DNA from: an uncultured Candidatus Saccharibacteria bacterium
GTDB lineage: Bacteria > Patescibacteriota > Minisyncoccia > Phycocordibacterales > Phycocordibacteraceae
Length of the DNA: 51,816 nucleotides
Direction: 5' to 3'
NCBI GenBank assembly: GCA_964569655.1
Contig: CAZMTN010000003.1
Span: 1 to 51,816 of the forward strand
The translations under genes were made by a program, and so were the position numbers. The notes under the pieces were generated by a model, which was given only the letters and a program-made list of their open reading frames with translations, made no database searches and was not told the DNA's origin. Below are positions 17,484 through 25,147 of the stretch, piece after piece (position 1 is the stretch's first letter; every line of letters begins with the position of its first letter).

Positions 17484-17798
17484 ATGGAACTCGCAGTGAT
17501 CAAGACCGGGGGAAAGCAGTACCTCGTCCAGAAGGGTACTAATATTTACATCGAGAAGCTCCCGGAGGGGCTCACCGCAGGTGACCCGGTCACCTTCGAG
17601 GACGTCCTCATGACCGACGACGGCTCGACGCTTACCGTCGGCACCCCGATGGTGAAGGGCAAGTCCGTAAAGGGCACCGTCATCCGCGATGACAAGGGTA
17701 TCAAGAAGGAAGTCGTCCGTTACAAGGCGAAGAGCCGCTACCTGAAGCGCCGCGGACACCGCCAGCCGTACCTCAAGGTACAGATCGATTCGATCTAA
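17484..17798 (+). CDS. rplU: 50S ribosomal protein bL21
   Basis: AVIKTGGKQY, GTPMV-G, YK-KSRY-KRRGHRQPY. Confidence 0.97.
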   Translation: MELAVIKTGGKQYLVQKGTNIYIEKLPEGLTAGDPVTFEDVLMTDDGSTLTVGTPMVKGKSVKGTVIRDDKGIKKEVVRYKAKSRYLKRRGHRQPYLKVQIDSI

Positions 17799-17803
17799 TC
17801 AAC

Positions 17804-17825
17804 AACCCGCCCTCCGGCGGGTTTT
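17804..17825 (+). terminator. Intrinsic terminator after rplU
   Basis: AACCCGCC-CTCC-GGCGGGTT plus TT. Confidence 0.65.
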
Positions 17826-17882
17826 GACTTTAACGGCCGGTGCGCCATACTCAGCCGCAGATCAATTTGTTGGGAGGGAATA

Positions 17883-18293
17883 ATGAGGAAACGAAGCGTG
17901 GCGCCCATCTTCGCCGCCGCCGTCATAATCGGAGGGATCATTGGATTCCTACATGTGCTGAACGAGCTTGAAAAGCCAATTCGTGCTGAGCACGCCCGCG
18001 TGCAAGGACTGATCGAGGAGATCAAGCAAAGCCCCGCGTGCTCACGACTGGTGATAGAGAGACCGGTCGTGGTAATGGGCAAGAAGGGCCTGCATCTCAG
18101 CGATTGGGTCATGCTGAATATGGACCTGATCGATGGCTACGTAGTGATCTGGGACAAGCGGAGGGGTCTCCGCCGGCTCGAATTCAAGGATCCGGAAGAT
18201 TTCTTCAACGTCCGTGCCGTCATCCCCGGAGAGAAGCCTGACCGCTTCGTGCATAACGACTACTGCACCAAGCGCGAAGCCACGTCCATCTGA
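17883..18293 (+). CDS. Hypothetical membrane-anchored protein, 136 aa (orphan)
   Basis: N-terminal TM, GGGAGG 5 nt upstream, one Cys pair. Confidence 0.65.
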   Translation: MRKRSVAPIFAAAVIIGGIIGFLHVLNELEKPIRAEHARVQGLIEEIKQSPACSRLVIERPVVVMGKKGLHLSDWVMLNMDLIDGYVVIWDKRRGLRRLEFKDPEDFFNVRAVIPGEKPDRFVHNDYCTKREATSI

Positions 18294-18300
18294 AAGAAAC

Positions 18301-18337
18301 GAAGAACCGCCGTGCCCTGTGGCCGGCGGTTTTCTTT
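18301..18337. terminator. Bidirectional terminator
   Basis: GAACCGCCG/CGGCGGTTTT stem between convergent genes. Confidence 0.65.
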
Positions 18338-18938
18338 ACGTCTCCTTCCTGTTCTGAAGCGCGCTCGTAAGAGTGGTCGCGTCCGCGTACTCGAGCTCGG
18401 AGCCGGTCGCGAGGCCGCGGCCGAGCACGGTCAGCGCCACGCGGTCGCGGTAGGGAGCGAGGAGCTCGCGGACGCGGTCCGCCGTGTGCTCGCCTTCGCT
18501 CGTCGCCGAAAGCGCGAGCACGATCTCCTTGAGGCCCTTGGCGAGCCTCATATCCGCCATCTTCCCGAGCTCCCGCTCGCGGATGATGCCTTTGCCCGAG
18601 AGCGTGAGGACGCCTCCTAGTACGAAATAGCGGCCGCGGTAGGTGCCGGCGCGCTCGACCGCGAGCAGGTCCTGGTCCTTCTCCACCACCATGAGCATGG
18701 AATCGTCGCGGGAGGTGTCGGCGCAGTAGTTGCAGAGGTTGTTCTGCGTGGAGGCGAAGCGGTAGCACTGCGCGCACTGCTGCACGTCGCGAGCGAGGTC
18801 CTGTATCAAGGAGGAGAGCTTTGCGCGGTCCGCAGACGATGCGGAAAGGAGGTGGTAGACGAAGCGTTTGGCCTGGCGGGGACCGATTCCCGGGAACCGG
18901 GCGAACGCGTGCGCGAGCTCCTCGATGCGGTCCCGCAT
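18336..18938 (-). CDS. recR: Recombination protein RecR
   Basis: FPGIGPRQA-R, C4 zinc finger CAQC..CNYC, TOPRIM (VVEK, YFVLGG, EGEHTA), GSELEYAD. Confidence 0.96.
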   Translation of the reverse strand: MRDRIEELAHAFARFPGIGPRQAKRFVYHLLSASSADRAKLSSLIQDLARDVQQCAQCYRFASTQNNLCNYCADTSRDDSMLMVVEKDQDLLAVERAGTYRGRYFVLGGVLTLSGKGIIRERELGKMADMRLAKGLKEIVLALSATSEGEHTADRVRELLAPYRDRVALTVLGRGLATGSELEYADATTLTSALQNRKET

Positions 18939-18939
18939 A

Positions 18940-20301
18940 TTAGAACTCGGTAGCGAGGTCGCCGTAGCCGCTCTTGTCCACCGGCATGAAGCTGGTGCGC
19001 TTCTCGTCGAAGTAGAGCTCGACGGAGCCCGTCGGGCCGTTACGGTGCTTCTCGACGAGGATCTCGGCGATGTTCGGCTTGTCGCTGTCCGGGTTACGCT
19101 TGTCGTCGCGGTGGATGAACATGACGACGTCCGCATCCTGCTCGATGGAGCCCGAGTCGCGGAGGTCCGAGAGGCGGGGCTTGCCGCCGCGCTGCTCGAC
19201 GGCGCGGGAGAGCTGGGAGAGGGCGAGCACCGGCACCTCGAGCTCGCGAGCGAGACCCTTCAAGGAGCGGGAGATCTCGGTGACCTGCTGGACCATGGAG
19301 TCTGAATTGCGGGTGTTGGTCGGCGCCATGAGCTGGAGGTAGTCCACTACGATGAGCCCGATGCCGCGCTCGCGCTTCAAGCGCCGCGCTACCGCGCGCA
19401 TGGCGAGGATATTGTTGCCCGGCTTGTCGTCGATGTAGATCGGCGCCTTCGAGAGGCTATCGAGCGCGTCGCGGATCTTATCGAAGTCCGCCTCGTCATG
19501 GACCGCGCCTGTCCTGATCTTCCAGGAATTCACATACGACTCCGCGGAGAGCATACGGTCGATGATCTGCTCCGAGCTCATCTCGAGCGAGAAGATGCCC
19601 ACCGGCACCTTATGCTTCACGGCCGCGTTGCGGGCGATATCGAGGGCGAACGAGGTCTTACCGATGGACGGGCGGGCTGCGAGGATGATGAGGTCCGAAG
19701 GGTGGAAGCCGGAGAGGAGGTTATCGAGGTCGGGGTAGCCGGTCGGCACGCCGCGGATCCCGCCTTCGCGCTTGCTCATCATCTCGATGCGCTCCATGGT
19801 CTCGATAGCCTTGTCCGCGACCGCGACGAACTTATGCGCGGTAGTGGCGTTCCCGATGGCATAGACCATCTTCTCGGCATCGTCGAGGACCTGGACCGTA
19901 TCCTTCGATTCGTCGTAGCAGGCTTCGGTGATCTCGTACGCTGCATCGATCAAGGAGCGCATGATGAACTTGCGGGAGACGAGGTCCGCGTAGTGCGCGA
20001 AGTTGCCCGGAGACGGCGTCGCGGTGACGAGCTCGGCAAGATAGCTCTTCGTGCCCGCGCGCTCGAGGAGACCCTTCGCGGTCAGGCGCTCGCCGAGCGA
20101 GAGGAGGTCGATCGGCTCGCCGCGGCTCGAGAGCTCGAGCATCGCATCGAAGATGATGCGGTGGCGTTCGGCATAGAACGAATCCGGCTTGATGAGATCG
20201 CCGACGTCATGGATAGCGTCAGGCTTGAGGAGGAGCGCGCCGAGAAGCGCTCGTTCTGATTCGAGACTCTGTGGCGGGATGCGATGAGGAGAATTGCTCA
20301 C
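18940..20301 (-). CDS. dnaB: Replicative DNA helicase
   Basis: PPQSLESERALLG, ARPSIGKT, FSLEMS, VVDYLQLM, LSQLSRAVE, P-LSDLRDSGSIEQDAD, KHRNGPTG; GTG start; no intein. Confidence 0.98.
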   Translation of the reverse strand: MSNSPHRIPPQSLESERALLGALLLKPDAIHDVGDLIKPDSFYAERHRIIFDAMLELSSRGEPIDLLSLGERLTAKGLLERAGTKSYLAELVTATPSPGNFAHYADLVSRKFIMRSLIDAAYEITEACYDESKDTVQVLDDAEKMVYAIGNATTAHKFVAVADKAIETMERIEMMSKREGGIRGVPTGYPDLDNLLSGFHPSDLIILAARPSIGKTSFALDIARNAAVKHKVPVGIFSLEMSSEQIIDRMLSAESYVNSWKIRTGAVHDEADFDKIRDALDSLSKAPIYIDDKPGNNILAMRAVARRLKRERGIGLIVVDYLQLMAPTNTRNSDSMVQQVTEISRSLKGLARELEVPVLALSQLSRAVEQRGGKPRLSDLRDSGSIEQDADVVMFIHRDDKRNPDSDKPNIAEILVEKHRNGPTGSVELYFDEKRTSFMPVDKSGYGDLATEF

Positions 20302-20313
20302 CCCCTCATGCTA

Positions 20314-21765
20314 TCACTCAGCGTCTCTCGTCAACAGGGTCCCGGAAGGCCCGTCGTCCACACGATATCCCCGTTCCTGGAGTTGATAGCGGAGCTCGTC
20401 CGCCCTCTTCCAATCCTTGGACGTGCGGGCGAGGTCCCGCTCGTACACGAGCGCCTGGATATGCTCCGGGAGGTCTTCCGTATCCGTAGGAAGCGCGATA
20501 GGCGGGTTAGTTAGGGAGAGGCCGAGGTACGCCTCCGCGGTCTCGAGGATGGCCCATTTCTGCTCCGGGGAGAGCTCGTCGGTCTTCATCCCATCCCAGA
20601 GCGCGGCAAGCGCCTGCGGCGTGGAAAGGTCATCGCGCATGAAAGAAACGATGCGGAGGCGTACCTCCGAATCCTCTGGGCCGTCCGCTTCCTTCTTGAT
20701 CTCAAGCGCAAGGCGCCAGAGGCGGCGGAGCGCCTCGTTGGCGGCCGTAAGCGCGTCGAAGGAGAAGGAAAGGGGAGTGCGGTAATGCGCCTGGAGGAAG
20801 AAGTAGCGGAGCGAGAGCGGGTGGAGGCCGCGCTCCACGATGTCTGAGAGGTAGACGTCGTTCCGGAGGGATTTCGAGATCTTCTCGTCCTCTATCGTCA
20901 CGAACGCTTCATGCATCCAGTAGCGCACGAAGGGGCGCCCGTTCGCCGCCTCGGACTGCGCGATCTCATTGTTGTGGTGGACCGGGATGTGGTCCATGCC
21001 GCCCGTATGGATATCGAGCTCGGTGCCGAGGAGGACCTTGCTCATCGCGGAGCATTCGATGTGCCAGCCCGGGTTCCCGCGGCCCCACGGCGAATCCCAG
21101 ACCTGGAGGTCCTGGGGGCCTGCGTCCCTCCAGAGCACGAAGTCCTTCCCGCTCTTTTTCCCGGCGATCTTCTCCACGCGCGCGCCCGGGAGGAGCTCCG
21201 CCTTATCCGCGCCCCCGAGCTTCCCGTAGGTAGGGAACTTCTCCGTATCGAAATAGATGCCGTCCTGCGCCCGGTAGGCGAAGCCTTTCTTCTCGAGGAC
21301 CTTGATCATCTCGATCTGCGCGTCGATATGCTCGGTCGCGCGGGGGAAGCGGACGTTCTCCGTCACGATGTTCATGAGGCTGAGGTCCGTGAGGAACATG
21401 CTGGTGTAGCGATCTGCGACTTCCTTGGGCGTCGCGTTCGCCTCGCGCGCGCCCTTCGCCATCTTGTCCTCGCCATGGTCCGCGTCGCCGACCATATGAC
21501 CCACGTCCGTGATATTGATGACGCGCGTGAGGTGGTAGCCCGCATTCGCGAGCGTGCGCGCGACGAGGTCCGCGAAAAGGGGCGCCTTCAGGTTCCCGAT
21601 GTGCTGTTTGCTATATACGGTCGGGCCGCAGGAATACATGGAGACCACGCCCGCCCTGAGGGGCACGAAGAGCTCCTTCCTCCCGGAGAGGGTATTGGTG
21701 AAGAACACGGGGGCAGCGGACTCATTGAGTCCCTTGGGGCGGCTGAAGTACGAGAACGGCCACAT
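20314..21765 (-). CDS. cysS: Cysteinyl-tRNA synthetase
   Basis: YSCGPTVY, HIGN, NITDVGH, GWHIECSAM, HH-NEIAQ, KISKS. Confidence 0.97.
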   Translation of the reverse strand: MWPFSYFSRPKGLNESAAPVFFTNTLSGRKELFVPLRAGVVSMYSCGPTVYSKQHIGNLKAPLFADLVARTLANAGYHLTRVINITDVGHMVGDADHGEDKMAKGAREANATPKEVADRYTSMFLTDLSLMNIVTENVRFPRATEHIDAQIEMIKVLEKKGFAYRAQDGIYFDTEKFPTYGKLGGADKAELLPGARVEKIAGKKSGKDFVLWRDAGPQDLQVWDSPWGRGNPGWHIECSAMSKVLLGTELDIHTGGMDHIPVHHNNEIAQSEAANGRPFVRYWMHEAFVTIEDEKISKSLRNDVYLSDIVERGLHPLSLRYFFLQAHYRTPLSFSFDALTAANEALRRLWRLALEIKKEADGPEDSEVRLRIVSFMRDDLSTPQALAALWDGMKTDELSPEQKWAILETAEAYLGLSLTNPPIALPTDTEDLPEHIQALVYERDLARTSKDWKRADELRYQLQERGYRVDDGPSGTLLTRDAE

Positions 21766-21779
21766 GCCTACAGTCTACC

Positions 21780-22697
21780 TTATAGCCAGCGGCGTATGCG
21801 GAAGTACAGAAAGACGAGGCTTGCCGCAACCACCATCATCGAGAGGATGATCCAGAAGCCGTGCTCATGCCCGACCAGCGGCACGGAGTCGGTGTTCATG
21901 CCGAACATGCCGGCGATGAGAATCGGCGGGAAGGTCACGAAGGTAATGATGGTGAGCTTCTTGATAATCTCGTTCTGCGTGCTCGAGAGGAGCGAGTCGT
22001 TGGTATCGCGGAGCTCGTGCGCCACCGCGCGATACGACTCGACGAGGTGCGCCGCATGGTCCCGCTCCGCGCGGATATGGGTCGCGTGCTCGGCGAAGGA
22101 CTTCCCGAAGTATTCGGTCGTAGACAGCGCGCTAAGCAGCGAGATAAGCACGTCGTCGTGGTGGATGAGGGCAGTCTCGAACCGCAGCAGGGTGCGCCCG
22201 ACCTCCGATATCTTGCGCACGGTGACGCGCTCGCGCCCGGAGAAGATATCGCGCTCGATCCGATCGAGCGTCTGCGCCACGTCCTCAGTCTCTCGCGCGA
22301 GCGCGCCGTAGAGGCGGCGGAGCAATCGCTCCAGGATGAACGCCGTACGCATGTGCTTGTCGGTCGCGCTAATCAGGTCCTCCGCTTCGAAAGCCCGGTG
22401 GAGGCTGTATATGGAATCGATTACCTCGTAGCGGCAGGTGATGAGATAGTCCTTCCCGATTATGAAATCTATCTCCTGATCCTTGGCGCCGCCTCCAGCT
22501 AGGGCGGTCGGGAAGTGGAGGATGGCATAGAGGTGGTCGGAAAAGGAGACGAAGAGCGGATAGGGCGTCGGCGTGATCACCTCGTGCTCGATGCCGGCGT
22601 CGACGTCGAACTCGCGCAGGACGTCGCGCAGCTCATCGCGTGTCGGGGACTCGAGATCGATCCACGTCGTCCTGCCGTAGTGATGCCGAAAGATCAT
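21780..22697 (-). CDS. corA: CorA-family Mg2+/Co2+ transporter
   Basis: TWIDL-SPT, C-terminal GMFGMN signature followed by a second TM. Confidence 0.9.
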   Translation of the reverse strand: MIFRHHYGRTTWIDLESPTRDELRDVLREFDVDAGIEHEVITPTPYPLFVSFSDHLYAILHFPTALAGGGAKDQEIDFIIGKDYLITCRYEVIDSIYSLHRAFEAEDLISATDKHMRTAFILERLLRRLYGALARETEDVAQTLDRIERDIFSGRERVTVRKISEVGRTLLRFETALIHHDDVLISLLSALSTTEYFGKSFAEHATHIRAERDHAAHLVESYRAVAHELRDTNDSLLSSTQNEIIKKLTIITFVTFPPILIAGMFGMNTDSVPLVGHEHGFWIILSMMVVAASLVFLYFRIRRWL

Positions 22698-22772
22698 GCA
22701 TTCAGTATACAAGCCGCCTGCGCACAACAAATCGCTCGCTGGGTATACATGCCTAATGCTATGATGAGATAA

Positions 22773-24035
22773 ATGATCGACGAGCGCGAAGCATTCGAAG
22801 AGTCAGAGAAATCACCAGTGCTGCGCGGCGGCATCATGTATGCCGTCGTCGCGGTCATCTGCTTCGGCGCAGGCCTCTATATGGGCGGCGGCAGCGCGCA
22901 CGACATCTTCTCGAACGTGCCGCTCATCGGCGGGCAGTTCCTCGACGCGACGCCGGCCGAGGACGCTGACCTCTCTGATTTCTGGCGCGCCTGGAACACC
23001 CTCGACGCGCGATTCGTCGAGACGCATGCCTCCTCCTCCGCGCCTACCAGCAAGGAGAAGATCTGGGGCGCTATCCAGGGCCTCGCAGCATCCTACGGGG
23101 ACCCCTACACCACCTACATGCCGCCTGAGGAGGCGAAAATCTTCGAGGAGACCATCTCCGGGAACTTCTCAGGCGTGGGCATGGAGATCGGCGTGCAGGA
23201 CGACGTCCTCACGGTCATCGCGCCGCTCAAGGGCACGCCAGCCGACAGGGCAGGCATCCGGACCGGGGACAAGATACTGACCATCGACGGCGCTCCGACC
23301 GATGGCATGTCTACCGATGAAGCGGTATCGATCATCCGCGGCGAGAAGGGGACCACCGTCACGTTCTCCATCTACCGGGACGGGTCGCTGCTTGAAATCG
23401 CGGTGGTGCGCGACACCATCGTCGTGCCGCAGATTGAGCAGGATTTTGACGCCGCCACCGGCGTCTACTACATCGCGCTCTACGAATTCAGCGGCACCTC
23501 GTCCGGTATGTTCGCGGAGGCGCTCCAGGAATTCAAGGCGTCTGGTTCGACGAAGCTCATCATCGACCTGCGCGGGAATCCGGGCGGATACCTGGCCGCG
23601 GCGGTGAATATCGCAAGCCACTTCCTCCCGAAGGGCACGGTCATCGTGACGGAGGACTACAAGGGCAAGCAGGAAAACGAGGAGCATCGGAGCCTTGGCA
23701 CGGGCGGGGTGCCCTCCGGCATCGAGACGGTCATCCTCATGAACGGAGGATCAGCGAGCGCATCGGAGATCCTTGCCGGGGCGCTCCGGGACAACGGCGT
23801 CGCGACCATCGTTGGCACCCGCTCTTTCGGTAAAGGGTCGGTGCAGGAACTCGTCGACATCGATAAGGGCTTCCTGAAGGTGACGGTCGCCCGCTGGCTC
23901 ACTCCGTCCGGGAAGAACATCTCGGACGGCGGCATCGAGCCTGATATCCTGGTAGAGCTCACGGAAGCAGACATCACTGGGGGCGTGGATGCGCAGCGCG
24001 AGCGGGCGGTGCAGTTCCTATCCACAGGGAAGTAG
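22773..24035 (+). CDS. ctpA: Carboxyl-terminal processing protease (S41, PDZ-containing)
   Basis: DPYT-Y, F-GVGMEI, PDZ, IDLRGNPGG-L, SASASEI-AGAL-D, SFGKGSVQ, W-TP-G. Confidence 0.93.
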   Translation: MIDEREAFEESEKSPVLRGGIMYAVVAVICFGAGLYMGGGSAHDIFSNVPLIGGQFLDATPAEDADLSDFWRAWNTLDARFVETHASSSAPTSKEKIWGAIQGLAASYGDPYTTYMPPEEAKIFEETISGNFSGVGMEIGVQDDVLTVIAPLKGTPADRAGIRTGDKILTIDGAPTDGMSTDEAVSIIRGEKGTTVTFSIYRDGSLLEIAVVRDTIVVPQIEQDFDAATGVYYIALYEFSGTSSGMFAEALQEFKASGSTKLIIDLRGNPGGYLAAAVNIASHFLPKGTVIVTEDYKGKQENEEHRSLGTGGVPSGIETVILMNGGSASASEILAGALRDNGVATIVGTRSFGKGSVQELVDIDKGFLKVTVARWLTPSGKNISDGGIEPDILVELTEADITGGVDAQRERAVQFLSTGK

Positions 24036-24037
24036 CA

Positions 24038-24066
24038 TTGACGGGAAGCCTTGGTGGTGGTACCTT
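24038..24066 (+). promoter_or_regulatory. Sigma70 promoter pointing into a non-coding region
   Basis: TTGACG(24038-43)-N17-TACCTT(24061-66) with extended TG. Confidence 0.65.
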
Positions 24067-24072
24067 AGGGGT

Positions 24073-24165
24073 ATCCCTGAGGCAAGCTTCTTATGGCTTA
24101 TGCTCGGTACATAAGGTACCCAGCCACTTTTTACAACTAGGCCATAAGAAATTCGTCTGAGGAAT
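24073..24165 (+). ncRNA. Candidate small structured RNA (6S-like termini, unusually short)
   Basis: Promoter upstream, terminator downstream, no ORF; nested complementarity 24073-83/24155-65 and 24088-100/24138-50. Confidence 0.5.
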
Positions 24166-24197
24166 GAGAAAGAGCCGCGGAAACGCGGCTCTTTCTC
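24166..24197. terminator. Bidirectional terminator
   Basis: GAGAAAGAGCCGCG-GAAA-CGCGGCTCTTTCTC, perfect 14 bp. Confidence 0.88.
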
Positions 24198-24199
24198 TT

Positions 24200-24979
24200 T
24201 TAGATCCGATTACGCCGATCCGCGAAGAAGACGCGGATCAGCTTCCATAGTATGTAGATGACGAAAAGGAGAAGGAGGTAGAAGAGGAACTGGAGCTGGA
24301 ATACGAAGAGGAGGCCCTTGAGGAGGCCGCCCCAGGCGCGGTCCAGCATCCCTACGGCTGCGGCAGGGCTGTTATACGTGCTTGCGCCCAAGACCTGGGT
24401 GTCTGATGAAGCTTGGGGTGGGGCGGCAGCCTCCAGGCGCTCCTCTATATAAGCGATACCGGCCTCGCGGAGGCCTTCCGTAGCGGTCCCAAGGGACCCG
24501 AGGACGGTAGCCGCCTCCGGGGAGACGGAGGTGAGGTATGCAGAGGCGTCCTTGGCCAGGCGCTCGGCCTTGGTGGGCGGGGCAGGGGAGACGGAGACGG
24601 CGACCTTGGTGTTCTCTCCCTCTTGGAGGGTTAGCGTCTCCGAGGAGCCCTTCCGGTGCGCGTTACGTATGGAGACATGGATGTCATGGTCTCCCTCCTT
24701 CGCCTTCCATTCCACTGACACGATCCTGCTCTCCCGGCTGTCTAGGGAGAATTGCGCTGTTGCTACGTTCTCCGAATCTACCCAGAACGCTACCTCGCCC
24801 TCGATATCCGCCGAGGTGCTGTTGTATACAGGCGCATACAGCCGCACCGTATCTCCATCTTCGGGCGTGAAGTCGGAGAGCCATACCGACCCTGAGGGGA
24901 AACCCGCAGGAATGGACTGCGCGAATGCCGCGACAGGGAAGAGGAGAGACGCGAGGATGAGGAGTGCCGTGCGTGTCAT
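24200..24979 (-). CDS. Secreted/membrane protein with a CARDB-like Ig domain and C-terminal TM
   Basis: Signal peptide ending AAFA, beta-rich segment (GDTVRLYA-VYN, V-W-A-EGDH-I-V), Pro/Ala linker, TQVLGA, C-terminal TM with basic tail. Confidence 0.7.
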   Translation of the reverse strand: MTRTALLILASLLFPVAAFAQSIPAGFPSGSVWLSDFTPEDGDTVRLYAPVYNSTSADIEGEVAFWVDSENVATAQFSLDSRESRIVSVEWKAKEGDHDIHVSIRNAHRKGSSETLTLQEGENTKVAVSVSPAPPTKAERLAKDASAYLTSVSPEAATVLGSLGTATEGLREAGIAYIEERLEAAAPPQASSDTQVLGASTYNSPAAAVGMLDRAWGGLLKGLLFVFQLQFLFYLLLLFVIYILWKLIRVFFADRRNRI

Positions 24980-25147
24980 TAATGCGTTCTTAATACTCAA
25001 ACTGTAACACTTCGAAGGTGTGTGATTGCGAAATATCCACCCCGTTCTGGCAAGTGGATTGACTTACCCGTACATAGGCGCATAGTTCAAGGGTACAGGG
25101 GGCAGAGGGCACTTTAGATCGGGCTTTTACTTAGCTTACACATACTT

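Noticed and set aside
18940-20301. Intein in DnaB
   Set aside because: Normal 453-aa length with contiguous helicase motifs
24019-24027. DnaA-box-like CTATCCACA (possible oriC)
   Set aside because: Single 8/9 match inside ctpA, with no box cluster or DUE nearby
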